From a virus (Duplodnaviria > Caudoviricetes), in IMG/VR virus record IMGVR_UViG_3300021425_003324, positions 1 through 64,000 of that record: a stretch of 64,000 nucleotides of DNA; one strand, written 5' to 3'. The notes under the pieces were generated by a model. It saw nothing but the letters and a program-made list of their open reading frames with translations, was not told the origin of the DNA and made no database searches. Each line of letters opens with the position of its first letter. Positions within the stretch are counted from its first letter, which is position 1. The translations under genes were made by a program, and so were the position numbers. Below are positions 49,385 through 59,462 of the stretch, piece after piece.

Positions 49385-49650
49385 TGTTACCTATACTACT
49401 AAAAACTAATAGGATAATCCAAGATTTAAATTTTTATAAAATAAAAATTAGACAAATAAAAAATGATAAAGCTAGAGATAAAGCTGATCTTTTGTTAAAA
49501 AAATTAAAAGAATATATTGCTGATTTAGATCAAGCGCACAGAATTAGAACAGTAGGCGATTTACGACCAAATTTATTTACATATCATAGAGAACAAATTT
49601 ATAAAACGAGGATGTCATTAGATACTATAATTAAAGAAAATAACAAATGA
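49384..49650 (+). CDS. Small basic helical hypothetical protein
   Basis: Translationally coupled on both sides. Confidence 0.6.
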   Translation: MLPILLKTNRIIQDLNFYKIKIRQIKNDKARDKADLLLKKLKEYIADLDQAHRIRTVGDLRPNLFTYHREQIYKTRMSLDTIIKENNK

Positions 49651-49982
49651 GTTTTCCGAGAGTTAGATGCAGTCATATTTTATTAAGTCATGCAGATGCT
49701 ATTGAATCTACCCATTCAAGAGATCTAGCATATGCAGTCATAGATGCAAAACGTATTATCCATGACTTACAAACTGGTGGAATATCATGGGCTACTGCCG
49801 TTAAGGAAAATAGTGCGTGTAATCGAAGTTGGTATAAAGATGGTGATTTAGGTTGGTTTGATTTAACAGATGGCGTATGCGAGGAGCTTTATTTTGCTGT
49901 AAATGCAGCGCCAAAAGACATATTACTAGACGAGCCTATTCAAACACCATATGGTATCCATATTATCGTAAGGACAGGGTAA
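49647..49982 (+). CDS. Parvulin-type peptidyl-prolyl cis-trans isomerase
   Basis: VRCSHILL, S.C, GDLGWF, PIQTPYGIHII. Confidence 0.88.
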   Translation: MSFPRVRCSHILLSHADAIESTHSRDLAYAVIDAKRIIHDLQTGGISWATAVKENSACNRSWYKDGDLGWFDLTDGVCEELYFAVNAAPKDILLDEPIQTPYGIHIIVRTG

Positions 49983-50611
49983 TGTCTTTTGCTGATAACG
50001 TTATAAGTGTTCCTTTTTTTTCTCAAGACGAATGTAAAGAAATAGCAGCTTGGGGTTATCAGTTAGAAAATAGTCTAATAGAGAATAATTTACAAGATTA
50101 CAATAAAAGTCCTGATATCATTCAAAGTATTACTACTGCAAATTATCAACACTATAACTTTTTCTCTTTTTTTCCTGCTTTTGCTGACAGATTTGCTGAT
50201 TGCCTAACCCAATTAAAAATTGAATTAGAATGGCCTATAATTTGTCAAAGTTGGATAAACATCTATAGAAAAAATCAAGGTATTGATTGGCATACCCATC
50301 TAGGAAGGATGGGCAGGAGCTTTTCAGCAAATATATTTATTGCTGGAAAAAATACTCCTACTGTGATTTACAAACCATTTAACACGAAATCTGTAAAAGC
50401 AGAAAATATAATAGGTCAACTTCACATATTTCCATGTGAATTGTTTCATATGGTTCCGAAAAATAAATCAGATACAGATAGAATCACCATTGGAATTACC
50501 TGTCATAGTTACATGGATATTACACGGGATTCGTTAAATCAATGGGCATTTAATTCTCAAATGTATCAAGATTCTATCATCTTAACCAATAAACATTTTT
50601 TACCTAGTTAA
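49982..50611 (+). CDS. 2OG-Fe(II) oxygenase-like protein; start likely MSFADN at 49982
   Basis: SWINIY, WHTH, G...IFP..LFHMV, RITI. Confidence 0.7.
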   Translation: MSFADNVISVPFFSQDECKEIAAWGYQLENSLIENNLQDYNKSPDIIQSITTANYQHYNFFSFFPAFADRFADCLTQLKIELEWPIICQSWINIYRKNQGIDWHTHLGRMGRSFSANIFIAGKNTPTVIYKPFNTKSVKAENIIGQLHIFPCELFHMVPKNKSDTDRITIGITCHSYMDITRDSLNQWAFNSQMYQDSIILTNKHFLPS

Positions 50612-50901
50612 TCTTCAATATCGCCTAATGGTGTAAAATTGGTTAAGACACCGCCATTAATGTTTGGATCGTTTTGCTTAATCTCTTTTTGTGCAATTTC
50701 GTTTTCGTCTTGACCTGCTTCGTATCCTATTTCTACAATTTCACAATTTTTATTAGGATGATTTTCTGCTACCCATTTTTCTGCGTTAGCTCTTGTAACC
50801 CATTTTCTAACTTCCTCATACCCGTCTAAATCTGGATCCCATGTATGCCAAACTTTTACATTTGGATGTTGTGGATGTGGTTTTTTTACTGCGAATGGCA
50901 T
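50608..50901 (-). CDS. Hypothetical protein
   Basis: AAGGAG RBS; ATAAATA at 50927-50933. Confidence 0.7.
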   Translation of the reverse strand: MPFAVKKPHPQHPNVKVWHTWDPDLDGYEEVRKWVTRANAEKWVAENHPNKNCEIVEIGYEAGQDENEIAQKEIKQNDPNINGGVLTNFTPLGDIED

Positions 50902-50925
50902 TTTTTTGTTCTCCTTCTATAAAGA

Positions 50926-51504
50926 TTATTTATCAAAAGTATACCAACCTGTTATTATGTATTTTTCTCCTGTGTAAATAGGATTTCCCCTATGTGGATA
51001 CATAAAATTAGTTGGAAATATTAATAATTTTCCTAGTTCTGGTTTAATTTTTTTTCCTTGGTATAAAAATTCAGTCTCTCCGCCTTTGTCTACATCGTTC
51101 AAATACAACATATAATTTACAACCCTTACACTGCTTCCTATATTTTCAATTTCATTGTGCCACGGATGATATCCTTCATGTGGTAATGTTTTTTGTACAC
51201 TCATTCCTTTTGCAGAATGATCTTGGGCTTGTTTTAGGATAGAATACTTTTCTATGTACTCGTCAAAATAAATTTTATTTAAATTTTCGTAAAAATATCC
51301 ACACAAATTGTAATCATAATGATACATATTTTGGGTATGAGCCCAATCAAAAACAATTCGTTCATCTTGGTTTCGTCGTATGTCATTCAATTTATTTGTA
51401 ATATTATTTTGCGACATTATATTAAAATGTCTAATTATTTCTTCACAATATTCTTGACTATATGCATTTTTATATTCTTCTATTCCGTCATAATTGTCTA
51501 TCAT
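50926..51504 (-). CDS. 2OG-Fe(II) oxygenase (prolyl-4-hydroxylase-like)
   Basis: WHNE, YLND..GGET.F, IFP..YPHRG, KYIITGW. Confidence 0.85.
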   Translation of the reverse strand: MIDNYDGIEEYKNAYSQEYCEEIIRHFNIMSQNNITNKLNDIRRNQDERIVFDWAHTQNMYHYDYNLCGYFYENLNKIYFDEYIEKYSILKQAQDHSAKGMSVQKTLPHEGYHPWHNEIENIGSSVRVVNYMLYLNDVDKGGETEFLYQGKKIKPELGKLLIFPTNFMYPHRGNPIYTGEKYIITGWYTFDK

Positions 51505-52312
51505 GTATTTCTCTTATATATGGTATATACTTTTCTGCTATCAACTCATGCGCACGATAATTGTAGTGTTCATAATCTACTTTTTCTTTTTTTATATTTT
51601 TGTATCCGATACTTTCCAAATAAGTTTCACAATCAAACTTAGCTATGTATGTTTTAGATAGTTTAGTAAAAAAATTTAATGTTTCTTTTGGAATAAAACA
51701 TTTGTTATTAATATTCCAAACGTACATAGGCACGTTATTATTGGCGCAAATCATATCGCATACAGCGATATCTTTCATATAATCTTCTTGTTCTAAATGG
51801 GTATTTTGATAATGCCACATTTGAAAATAAAGATAAGAACTACGTCTAGGATCAGGTTCGGCAATCCAAGGTGCGGTATCTCGTATGTATGGAAACATTG
51901 CCCAATCTTCAGGCCCTGCCTTTATAAAATGTTCCAAATACTTGTTTTTGACACTTAATGAAATACTCCAACGATCAATTAGATCACTGCTTGGATCTTT
52001 TTGCAAGAAAAAATCTATTGGAAATATTTTTTTGTAATCTAAGTCAGGATTTATCACAACAGGAAATCTACCCCAATATGTGCTCTGTAAAAAAACTTCA
52101 TCTATATCGTCGTATGTGTTGAAAGCATGCGCTAGGAACCTAGGGTATGCTCTATTACCTACGCCTGCACTTGCCATAATAACACATTTTTTATTATGTA
52201 TTTTACTGTAAATTTCTGCATAATTATTTTTTTGCCATACATTTACAGGTTGATTTAAGTTTGTATTATTATAACCCATTGTATGACTGCAACCAACAAA
52301 CAGTGTTCTCAT
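51488..52312 (-). CDS. SGNH/GDSL-like hydrolase or acyltransferase
   Basis: VGCSHT (block I), GVGN (block II), DYEH (DxxH block V). Confidence 0.6.
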   Translation of the reverse strand: MRTLFVGCSHTMGYNNTNLNQPVNVWQKNNYAEIYSKIHNKKCVIMASAGVGNRAYPRFLAHAFNTYDDIDEVFLQSTYWGRFPVVINPDLDYKKIFPIDFFLQKDPSSDLIDRWSISLSVKNKYLEHFIKAGPEDWAMFPYIRDTAPWIAEPDPRRSSYLYFQMWHYQNTHLEQEDYMKDIAVCDMICANNNVPMYVWNINNKCFIPKETLNFFTKLSKTYIAKFDCETYLESIGYKNIKKEKVDYEHYNYRAHELIAEKYIPYIREIHDRQL

Positions 52313-52857
52313 AAATGTTCTATACTAAAATCAATAACTAAAACTTTTCTATTATTTAATGTAGGATAAGCGCCATGCCATACTTTAGAATCCATTACTA
52401 ATAATAATCCTGGAAAAGGTGTCCAATACTTAACTTCTATATCTCCTACGTTATTATAACAAAATGCAAAAAAACTTCCTTCATTATTACCTTTTTGTAC
52501 AGTTTTATCAAAGTATAAAACTGTTGTTACTCCAGTTAAACCTTTATTATGATTGTGAATTCCTTTCCAACCATTAACATAATATTCTATACTCCAAGCC
52601 ATAATAGGATTATTTATTAAGTAACTATATTTTTTTATTGTTAAAATATTGTTTACTTCTTTTTTAATAATATTTGTTAATTCTGATATATTAGATAATT
52701 CTTGTCCTATTTGATATCCATTTACAGTTGTGCTTACACTTGGCGTAACTTTATTTGGTTCATTACTATTAAATAAATTTAAATATTTTTCATAATCAAC
52801 CCATTTACTTTCTAAAATCCAAGAATTATAAAATTCATAAAATATTTTGTTTTCCAT
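52309..52857 (-). CDS. 2OG-Fe(II) oxygenase-like protein
   Basis: AW..EY, HNH, VLY, G.L..WHG, RKV. Confidence 0.7.
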   Translation of the reverse strand: MENKIFYEFYNSWILESKWVDYEKYLNLFNSNEPNKVTPSVSTTVNGYQIGQELSNISELTNIIKKEVNNILTIKKYSYLINNPIMAWSIEYYVNGWKGIHNHNKGLTGVTTVLYFDKTVQKGNNEGSFFAFCYNNVGDIEVKYWTPFPGLLLVMDSKVWHGAYPTLNNRKVLVIDFSIEHL

Positions 52858-53443
52858 TTATTTTTTTTTCTTTGATTGTAAGATTAGCTGATAAAGTAAT
52901 TCTTGGAACATTTTTAACAGGTAGTACATAATGGTTAATCCAACTTGGAAAAACAAGTAGTAAACCTTGTGTTTGATAAGGTGTTATATGATGATATTCC
53001 CACCGTTTGAATATCCTATTTAACCCGCTAGCCTTAATTAAATTAAAATTAGGACATTCGAATACTAATTCGCTTACACCTTCTTTACACTGTAAAAAAT
53101 ATATTAAACTTAGGCTCCTACCTGGAAAAGTATGATCATGAGGTTCTTGAAATTCATCTTTGTTATAGATATTTGCCCAAAATTCATCACAAATTATTTC
53201 AAAATTTGTAATAGGCTCTAATTGATTTAGAAAATCATGCAATACAGGATTTATAGACTCAAACCATATGTTCCATGGTAGTAAATCATTTTTTTTATTT
53301 CTTATAGAAGTCTTGCTTGTGCCGTAAGACCAACTCGCATCAAAATATGTTTGATCATTGATATAAGGTTTCCATATTTCTAAAATTTCTTCATGATTTT
53401 CTATTTGTTTTTCAAAAAAATAAGATGGAAAAAATGAATGCAT
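52835..53443 (-). CDS. 2OG-Fe(II) oxygenase-like protein
   Basis: WANIY, QEPHDH, FPSW..HYV, RITLSAN. Confidence 0.8.
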   Translation of the reverse strand: MHSFFPSYFFEKQIENHEEILEIWKPYINDQTYFDASWSYGTSKTSIRNKKNDLLPWNIWFESINPVLHDFLNQLEPITNFEIICDEFWANIYNKDEFQEPHDHTFPGRSLSLIYFLQCKEGVSELVFECPNFNLIKASGLNRIFKRWEYHHITPYQTQGLLLVFPSWINHYVLPVKNVPRITLSANLTIKEKKINGKQNIL

Positions 53444-53919
53444 TATTTTACATTAAAAAAGAATACTTGTGTTAATCTACCAGTATTTGCAGAATCGCCA
53501 AAACCGGACAAATTACTCGAATGCAGTTGATTTGCTTTGTAAAAAATAGCACGGTTAAATTTATTACCTATAGAATCGATTAAATTATTATTCTCAAAGA
53601 AATTAGTTCCGCTTTCAACAGGTGCATTAGGTGTAAGATACAACACACCTGCATAATCGCAGTTATCTGAATGTATCCAACTTTTACTTCCTTCTAGACA
53701 TAACTGGAAACAAAAACTATCCATAACCCATTCTATAATATTAATTCTTAAATTATTTTCTATCTTAAGTTTTATAAACTCTCTATACTGGTAATCAGCT
53801 GCTAAACTTCTTTTACCCGGAAATGATCCTTCTACAAAAAAATCCAAGTTTAAGGCCTGTTGTCTTACTAGTTCTGGTTTTGGCAAAAAATTATCTATAA
53901 CAGCAATACTTAATTCCAT
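53443..53919 (-). CDS. 2OG-Fe(II) oxygenase-like protein
   Basis: VIDNF, WIHSD, YLTP..SGT, FNR....LHS, RLTQVFF. Confidence 0.78.
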   Translation of the reverse strand: MELSIAVIDNFLPKPELVRQQALNLDFFVEGSFPGKRSLAADYQYREFIKLKIENNLRINIIEWVMDSFCFQLCLEGSKSWIHSDNCDYAGVLYLTPNAPVESGTNFFENNNLIDSIGNKFNRAIFYKANQLHSSNLSGFGDSANTGRLTQVFFFNVK

Positions 53920-54437
53920 TAATTATAATCCATGTAAACATTACCAGATATTGTAGTTCCTTTACCACCAGGTTTTACATAGTGTTCTAAAAAACTTGGA
54001 AAAATTATAATTGATCCTGCCGGCAAATTAGGTCTAAAATCTAATGGAAATTCTAAACAGTTTGTTCCTATATGATTTTGTATATCTTTATAACAGGGAT
54101 TCATAAAAACTGTATTAGACACATCTACAGTTTCGTATATTATAAAACTCCAAGCTGCTTTTGGATGAATATGTATATCTTGCCAGTCATTCTCATCATA
54201 CTTATTCCTCCATATTTGCCCAAAACTTGGATTCTGTCCTATAAATTTTTCACCTAAATTTTTGACAAAAATTTCTATAAGATATTCAAAAGTTTCATTT
54301 GTAATATTGTGTTTTTCAGTAAAAGTAGTAGGAGTTTCACTTAACCATATCTTTGAAAATTCTTGTTCATCTATTTGAATTTTTTCCAAATCTATTTCGT
54401 CTATAAAAATAGGTATTGGAAAAATATTATGTACCAT
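53919..54437 (-). CDS. 2OG-Fe(II) oxygenase-like protein; start likely MVHNIFP at 54437
   Basis: W.N.Y, QDIHIH, IFPSFLEHYV, TISGN; CTAAATA 5 nt upstream. Confidence 0.78.
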   Translation of the reverse strand: MVHNIFPIPIFIDEIDLEKIQIDEQEFSKIWLSETPTTFTEKHNITNETFEYLIEIFVKNLGEKFIGQNPSFGQIWRNKYDENDWQDIHIHPKAAWSFIIYETVDVSNTVFMNPCYKDIQNHIGTNCLEFPLDFRPNLPAGSIIIFPSFLEHYVKPGGKGTTISGNVYMDYN

Positions 54438-54441
54438 GATA

Positions 54442-55071
54442 TTATTTAGGAGAAGGTAGCGGAATTTTCCGCATGGTTTTGAATACCAGTGTTGCTCGCA
54501 AACCTTTATAGTTTTCATTTGGTGGTAATCCGTGATGTGGAATATTACCTTTAAATAAAAAAATTCTACCTGGAACTGGTGTGATTTTTTGCCAAGTATT
54601 ATCTATTTTTATAAGTGTTTCTCCTCCCCAATGGGTATTCCAATTTTTATTTACATAATATATCCAGCTTATTCCATTATCACATGAACAATCTGTGTGC
54701 GGAACAGTGTTGTGTATGTATTGTTGCCCATTAATTAATATTTCACCTAACTCTAACTCAAAAGGAATTAAATGTGTAATTGCATTGTAAATCATTTGAA
54801 AACAAGAATCATTCGCAATTGCACTAATTGGAGGATAAATTTGCTGTTTCAAACATGCAACTTCTAGCCACGATTCGTCAGCTCCTATATCATAATTTTT
54901 ATCTATTGGATAGTTGCTAGTATGACCATAAAACCAACTGTAAGAATTAAATACTAAATCATGCACATGATTTATAAAATAATTAGGAAATAGATCATCT
55001 ATAATAATAATTTGATCTTGTGATAAATCATAATCATATAAATTTATCATTTCTTGATTGTTAATTATCAT
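54442..55071 (-). CDS. 2OG-Fe(II) oxygenase
   Basis: PHTD, YY.N..W...WGGET, PGR..F...IPHHG, R.T. Confidence 0.82.
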   Translation of the reverse strand: MIINNQEMINLYDYDLSQDQIIIIDDLFPNYFINHVHDLVFNSYSWFYGHTSNYPIDKNYDIGADESWLEVACLKQQIYPPISAIANDSCFQMIYNAITHLIPFELELGEILINGQQYIHNTVPHTDCSCDNGISWIYYVNKNWNTHWGGETLIKIDNTWQKITPVPGRIFLFKGNIPHHGLPPNENYKGLRATLVFKTMRKIPLPSPK

Positions 55072-56851
55072 TTTTTACAGTAATTAATTTTTCATATTCT
55101 GGCAAATATAAGTATTCTATATCACTCTTAGACAATGTAGCTAATGCATCGTCTAAAGTTTCAACTAATGGTTCGCCTGCTAAGTTAAAACTTGTGTTAA
55201 ATAATATTGGCACTTTTGTTTCATTATAAAAACATTTTATTAAAGAATAGTAATGAGGATTTTGATCTTCTGTAACAGTTTGTATCCTACAGGTATTATC
55301 TACATGTACTATAGAAGGAATTTGATCTTTTGCATGATCTAAAACATCTACCGCAAACATCATGTGCGGACTTTCTGATAAACTTTTCATATCAAACCAA
55401 TTAGAGGCGTGTTCTTTAAGGACTGTTCCAGCAAATGGTCTAAAATATTCTCTTTTTTTGACTTTATTAACAAAATCTTTACCATCTTTAAATCTAGGAT
55501 CAAAAAGTAAAGATCTATTTCCAAGTGCTCTTGGACCGTTTTCACTCCTACCCTGGAAAATAGCAACAATATTTTTTTGTATTAGTAAATTTACAATTTC
55601 TAATTCGTTGCAATCACTTATTTTTGCACTATATTTTTTTGCAAGTTTTGCAATATTATCTTGTGTATAATTAGTGGGCAACCCGAGATATAAATTGTTA
55701 CTTACTGTTTTGTTATTTGAATTAGTTTTAAGATAATGTATAAAAGCTGCTGCACCAATAGCTGTTCCTGCATCGCTTGATATAGGTTCTACAAACAAAG
55801 AAATATCATGTTTTTTCAACTTATCTAAATAATAATAATTTGCAACACAATTTAATCCATAACCGCCACTTAATACAACATTTTTGTTTCCAGTTAATTC
55901 AACTGCATATAGGATTAATTCTAAAACTTTTTGTTGTGTTTCTTTTTGAACTGCAAATGCTAAATCTTTTCTATTTTGTAACTTTGTTAATTCGTGTAAT
56001 TCGATATAATTTTCATCATATAAAAAAGAGTACGGTTGTGTGTTAATTAAAGCACTGTTAGGATAAGTAGGTATAAATAAATCTTTATTAGCAGTTGGAT
56101 ACAAATCGTTTACAGTAAAAAAACTAGGAATATTAGGATTTTCAGCTCCATAAGAAGACAAGCCCATTGTTTTTCCAGCTTCAATTGCTTGGAATCCACA
56201 ATAATTAGTTACTGCTTCATACATTTTTACTAAGCCGCAAGCAGATTCTATAATGCAAATGTGATTACCTTCTTCTTGGAATTTTGCACTGGACATATCC
56301 TCTATATATCGTGTTACAAAAGGACCATTTCCGCCTACATGCTTCCATAAAGTTTTAAAATTATTTGGATATTCACATGAAAAGATAGTTTCCAATTCAA
56401 ATAATAATTCAGACCTACCTGTGCCTAAATCAGCTTCTAGGAATGTTCCTGCACCGTCAACTATTACAGCAGTTGCAGATTCAAATCCTGATCTATAGAA
56501 AGCACAAGCAGCATGCAATTTATGATGCATGTTGCTTAAATCTATTACTTGTGGATGCGGTCTACTTTCTGGATAGGTTTCTATTAATCTAAGTTTTCTA
56601 GCTAACCCTGTGTACACATCATCTCCGGTATAGTCAACCATACCGGCAGTTTCTGAAAGAGGTTGGGTGTGAGCTATTACTAAAAAATCTAAATGATCAG
56701 TATAATCTAATATTTTGGTCATTGCAGCAAAAGGACCGCCGTCGTATTTTTGGCGAGATAATCTTTCTTCTTCAATTGCAAATACAATTTGTCCATTGTG
56801 CATTAGACATACACCGCCGTTATGACCTCTTGTTATTCCTGCTATCCACAT
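55061..56851 (-). CDS. Carbamoyltransferase, CmcH/NodU/TobZ family (copy 2)
   Basis: EEERLSR.K, HH..HAA, GK.MGL, GG..LN..AN, GPRALGNRS, FRPFA, NTSFN. Confidence 0.93.
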   Translation of the reverse strand: MWIAGITRGHNGGVCLMHNGQIVFAIEEERLSRQKYDGGPFAAMTKILDYTDHLDFLVIAHTQPLSETAGMVDYTGDDVYTGLARKLRLIETYPESRPHPQVIDLSNMHHKLHAACAFYRSGFESATAVIVDGAGTFLEADLGTGRSELLFELETIFSCEYPNNFKTLWKHVGGNGPFVTRYIEDMSSAKFQEEGNHICIIESACGLVKMYEAVTNYCGFQAIEAGKTMGLSSYGAENPNIPSFFTVNDLYPTANKDLFIPTYPNSALINTQPYSFLYDENYIELHELTKLQNRKDLAFAVQKETQQKVLELILYAVELTGNKNVVLSGGYGLNCVANYYYLDKLKKHDISLFVEPISSDAGTAIGAAAFIHYLKTNSNNKTVSNNLYLGLPTNYTQDNIAKLAKKYSAKISDCNELEIVNLLIQKNIVAIFQGRSENGPRALGNRSLLFDPRFKDGKDFVNKVKKREYFRPFAGTVLKEHASNWFDMKSLSESPHMMFAVDVLDHAKDQIPSIVHVDNTCRIQTVTEDQNPHYYSLIKCFYNETKVPILFNTSFNLAGEPLVETLDDALATLSKSDIEYLYLPEYEKLITVKNDN

Positions 56852-57856
56852 TTATCTACCTTTAAATGTAAGTTTTGGCAAATCTTTTTTTTGAGTTATT
56901 TCTGGTTTTTTTGAACTTTTTCCTAGTCTTTTCCTTACACTTGACAAAATATCCTCTATTTGTTTTTTAGATAGCTCCATTGATTCGTCATTAAATCTTT
57001 CAATTTCTTCATCGATTGAAATTCGAATTGGAGAATATTTGCGTTTATCTTGTCCTACGTCTATAATATCAAAATTTTTGTCGTTTGGATAACTTATGTT
57101 AATAGGATACGTAGATCCAAGTACAACTGTTGCCGTTTTACCTAATGATTTTACTATATGCTGTCCTAGGCTATCACAGCCTAGGAAGTGATCAGCAATT
57201 TCAAGGATAGCTGCCCAAATTCTAATATCTGGTATTTGAGGTTTTGCAACTGGATATTTTTGTTCTATGTCTTGATTAAAAGAGATAGGAATTTCTGACA
57301 TTATAATAACAGCATATTCTTTCCTAAGTTGATTAATTATATCAACAATATTATCTAATTGAAAACTTCTACTAGTTGAATCTATTATGTAATCTTTTCC
57401 TACTGTTTCAACTGACCTCCCAAATGGTTGAACGACTAACACTTTATCAAAACCTGTAACTTCTTTCACTTCGTCAATTACACTTGCTGCAGATGTTATT
57501 TCCTGCTTGTTAAAATAAATTTTAGGTACATGTAAGTCTCGTAGCCCTTTTTTGTTGATTTCTATGTCAAATGCTTGTGCAATATTACATTTTTGGTTGT
57601 AATATTCCCAAACTCTATATGGCTCTGGGCTCACACAAATGCGATCTTTAATAAAATTTTCAAAAAGTCCTTTGTGCCATACATCGTAAGCTTTGTTGTG
57701 TAGGATAGGATGACCTTTAAAAAAATCAGTGCCAGATTCACAAACTATGATAAAATTGTCTTCAGGATTGTCTTTATAATAATTTTCAAAAGCAGGAATA
57801 CTTGCTAAGGTCCTTCCTGCTCCTCCGTTGATAAAAAATGCTGTAGATTTACTCAA
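56852..57856 (-). CDS. GT-B glycosyltransferase, GT9/heptosyltransferase-like
   Basis: GG.G at N-terminus; W..I...AD.FLGCDS..QH......A.V..GST nucleotide-sugar motif; TTG start with GAGG RBS. Confidence 0.7.
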   Translation of the reverse strand: MSKSTAFFINGGAGRTLASIPAFENYYKDNPEDNFIIVCESGTDFFKGHPILHNKAYDVWHKGLFENFIKDRICVSPEPYRVWEYYNQKCNIAQAFDIEINKKGLRDLHVPKIYFNKQEITSAASVIDEVKEVTGFDKVLVVQPFGRSVETVGKDYIIDSTSRSFQLDNIVDIINQLRKEYAVIIMSEIPISFNQDIEQKYPVAKPQIPDIRIWAAILEIADHFLGCDSLGQHIVKSLGKTATVVLGSTYPINISYPNDKNFDIIDVGQDKRKYSPIRISIDEEIERFNDESMELSKKQIEDILSSVRKRLGKSSKKPEITQKKDLPKLTFKGR

Positions 57857-57878
57857 ATTACCTCTTATAATTAAAAAT

Positions 57879-57886
57879 TATTTATA
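57879..57886 (-). promoter_or_regulatory. T4-type late promoter TATAAATA upstream of the GT9-carbamoyltransferase-oxygenase cassette
   Basis: Exact TATAAATA in the 53-bp intergenic gap. Confidence 0.65.
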
Positions 57887-57909
57887 ATTTTGTAATTTGA
57901 TAGCAACTA

Positions 57910-58626
57910 TTATAGAATTATTGGTCCTTCACCATCCGGTGGTATTTCAGATGCTGGATCAATTGGTTCCATTTTATAAGCAAATTTTACAGGTATACCG
58001 GCTGCTTGCATTACATTTGGCCAGTCTCTCAATCGCTGACGATAAACTGTAAATTTGTCTTTTAAGCTCTGCGGCATATCATCAGTTACTTCAGCATCAC
58101 TATTTTTTAATAAACTTGCTCGTTTAGCTCTAAGATCGTCCCATGTTAGTTCTCTATCAAGCTCAGTTCCAAAGATTGCCCAATCTGTTGATCTTACTTG
58201 GAATGTAACATTATCGTTTTCGTCTACATGCAGAGTCTGTGGATCCCATATATCTCTAGCTACCAATGGAGTTTGATATGTAAAAGTACGGTACCCAGGC
58301 ACTTCAACCACTCCAGGAGGTATAACTTCACTTGTATAATCTTCCTCAGCTTCATCAATAACAGGTCCCATTAATTGTCCTATCATTGGATTAGCTATGC
58401 AATCTACTTCTACATATCTACAATTTAGAGGTAACGGTCTTCCGTCATTTTTCTCTAACTGGGTTAATGGTCCTGCTCCTTGTTTTCCTGTATCATTATC
58501 TATTATTAAGAACAATTTATCAGGTCCATCATAGGTACATGTTCTTGTTTTACCTTGGCTAAAAGAATGATCAATACAATATTCATTTGGTAATGCTAAT
58601 TCCCAATCTAGTTCAACCATTGCCAT
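57910..58626 (-). CDS. Tail fibre assembly chaperone-like protein
   Basis: C-terminal W..LRAKR..LL..SD......YRQ.LRD.P motif of Tfa-like chaperones. Confidence 0.7.
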   Translation of the reverse strand: MAMVELDWELALPNEYCIDHSFSQGKTRTCTYDGPDKLFLIIDNDTGKQGAGPLTQLEKNDGRPLPLNCRYVEVDCIANPMIGQLMGPVIDEAEEDYTSEVIPPGVVEVPGYRTFTYQTPLVARDIWDPQTLHVDENDNVTFQVRSTDWAIFGTELDRELTWDDLRAKRASLLKNSDAEVTDDMPQSLKDKFTVYRQRLRDWPNVMQAAGIPVKFAYKMEPIDPASEIPPDGEGPIIL

Positions 58627-58639
58627 AAAATTTTCTCCA

Positions 58640-59452
58640 TTAAAAATATGTTACTTTAACTAAACCGCCACCGCCGGTGCCACCTTGACCACAACAACGG
58701 CCACAATAGTTTGAAGTTGCACTTTGTCCACCAGCTCCATAAGGAACAGTCCAACAACCACATCTTATCCAACAGTAATTTGAATTTTGTTCGTACAATC
58801 CATTACTTAAATTCGGTGCACCTGTGCTATGTCCAATATGTTTCCAGCAATGACAAGTACCGCCAGGATACTGAAAAGCAGCTTGTCCTTGAAAATTACC
58901 TTCATGTGTGTACATTGCCCAATCACCATCTGCACTAGTTCCTACACACCCAGGTCTAATACAATAAGGCATGGTCGAAAAACACCCATCTGTCCAATCT
59001 GTATTTGCATATCCTTGTCCTCCTCCACATGCACACAAATTACTTAAATTATATCCATTTACATAACTTGTACACCCATTACAGGCTGTGCATTCTCTAC
59101 TAAGACAGCGATAAACTCCTGCAGCACAAACTGTGTATGTACAACCTGGAGTTGACCTAATACTCTTGCTCACATATGATCCACCACCAGATGGCTTTGT
59201 ATGATGACATCTATCACAACTACAGGCTCCGTTACCGTTGCCTCCTGCTCCCCACAACTCCCAATTTAATTGACAAACACTGCCTGGAACTGTCCATAGA
59301 CAACAACAGCCCGGACTACACCTATCCGGAGTTCCATAAAACCATTTTGTTGAGTATGTAGATCTAACTCCACTTGATAAGTGTGATGTATCAATAGATT
59401 TATCTAAAACTTGATCACCATGTAAACGTTTGTAACTCCTGTATGATGCCAT
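58640..59452 (-). CDS. Cys/Gly-rich adhesin-like protein, paralog 3 (27 Cys/270 aa)
   Basis: WTVP...ELWGAGGNG...GG.GG.G.V.V.Y glycine-rich adhesin scaffold. Confidence 0.7.
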   Translation of the reverse strand: MASYRSYKRLHGDQVLDKSIDTSHLSSGVRSTYSTKWFYGTPDRCSPGCCCLWTVPGSVCQLNWELWGAGGNGNGACSCDRCHHTKPSGGGSYVSKSIRSTPGCTYTVCAAGVYRCLSRECTACNGCTSYVNGYNLSNLCACGGGQGYANTDWTDGCFSTMPYCIRPGCVGTSADGDWAMYTHEGNFQGQAAFQYPGGTCHCWKHIGHSTGAPNLSNGLYEQNSNYCWIRCGCWTVPYGAGGQSATSNYCGRCCGQGGTGGGGLVKVTYF

Positions 59453-59462
59453 AATATATATC

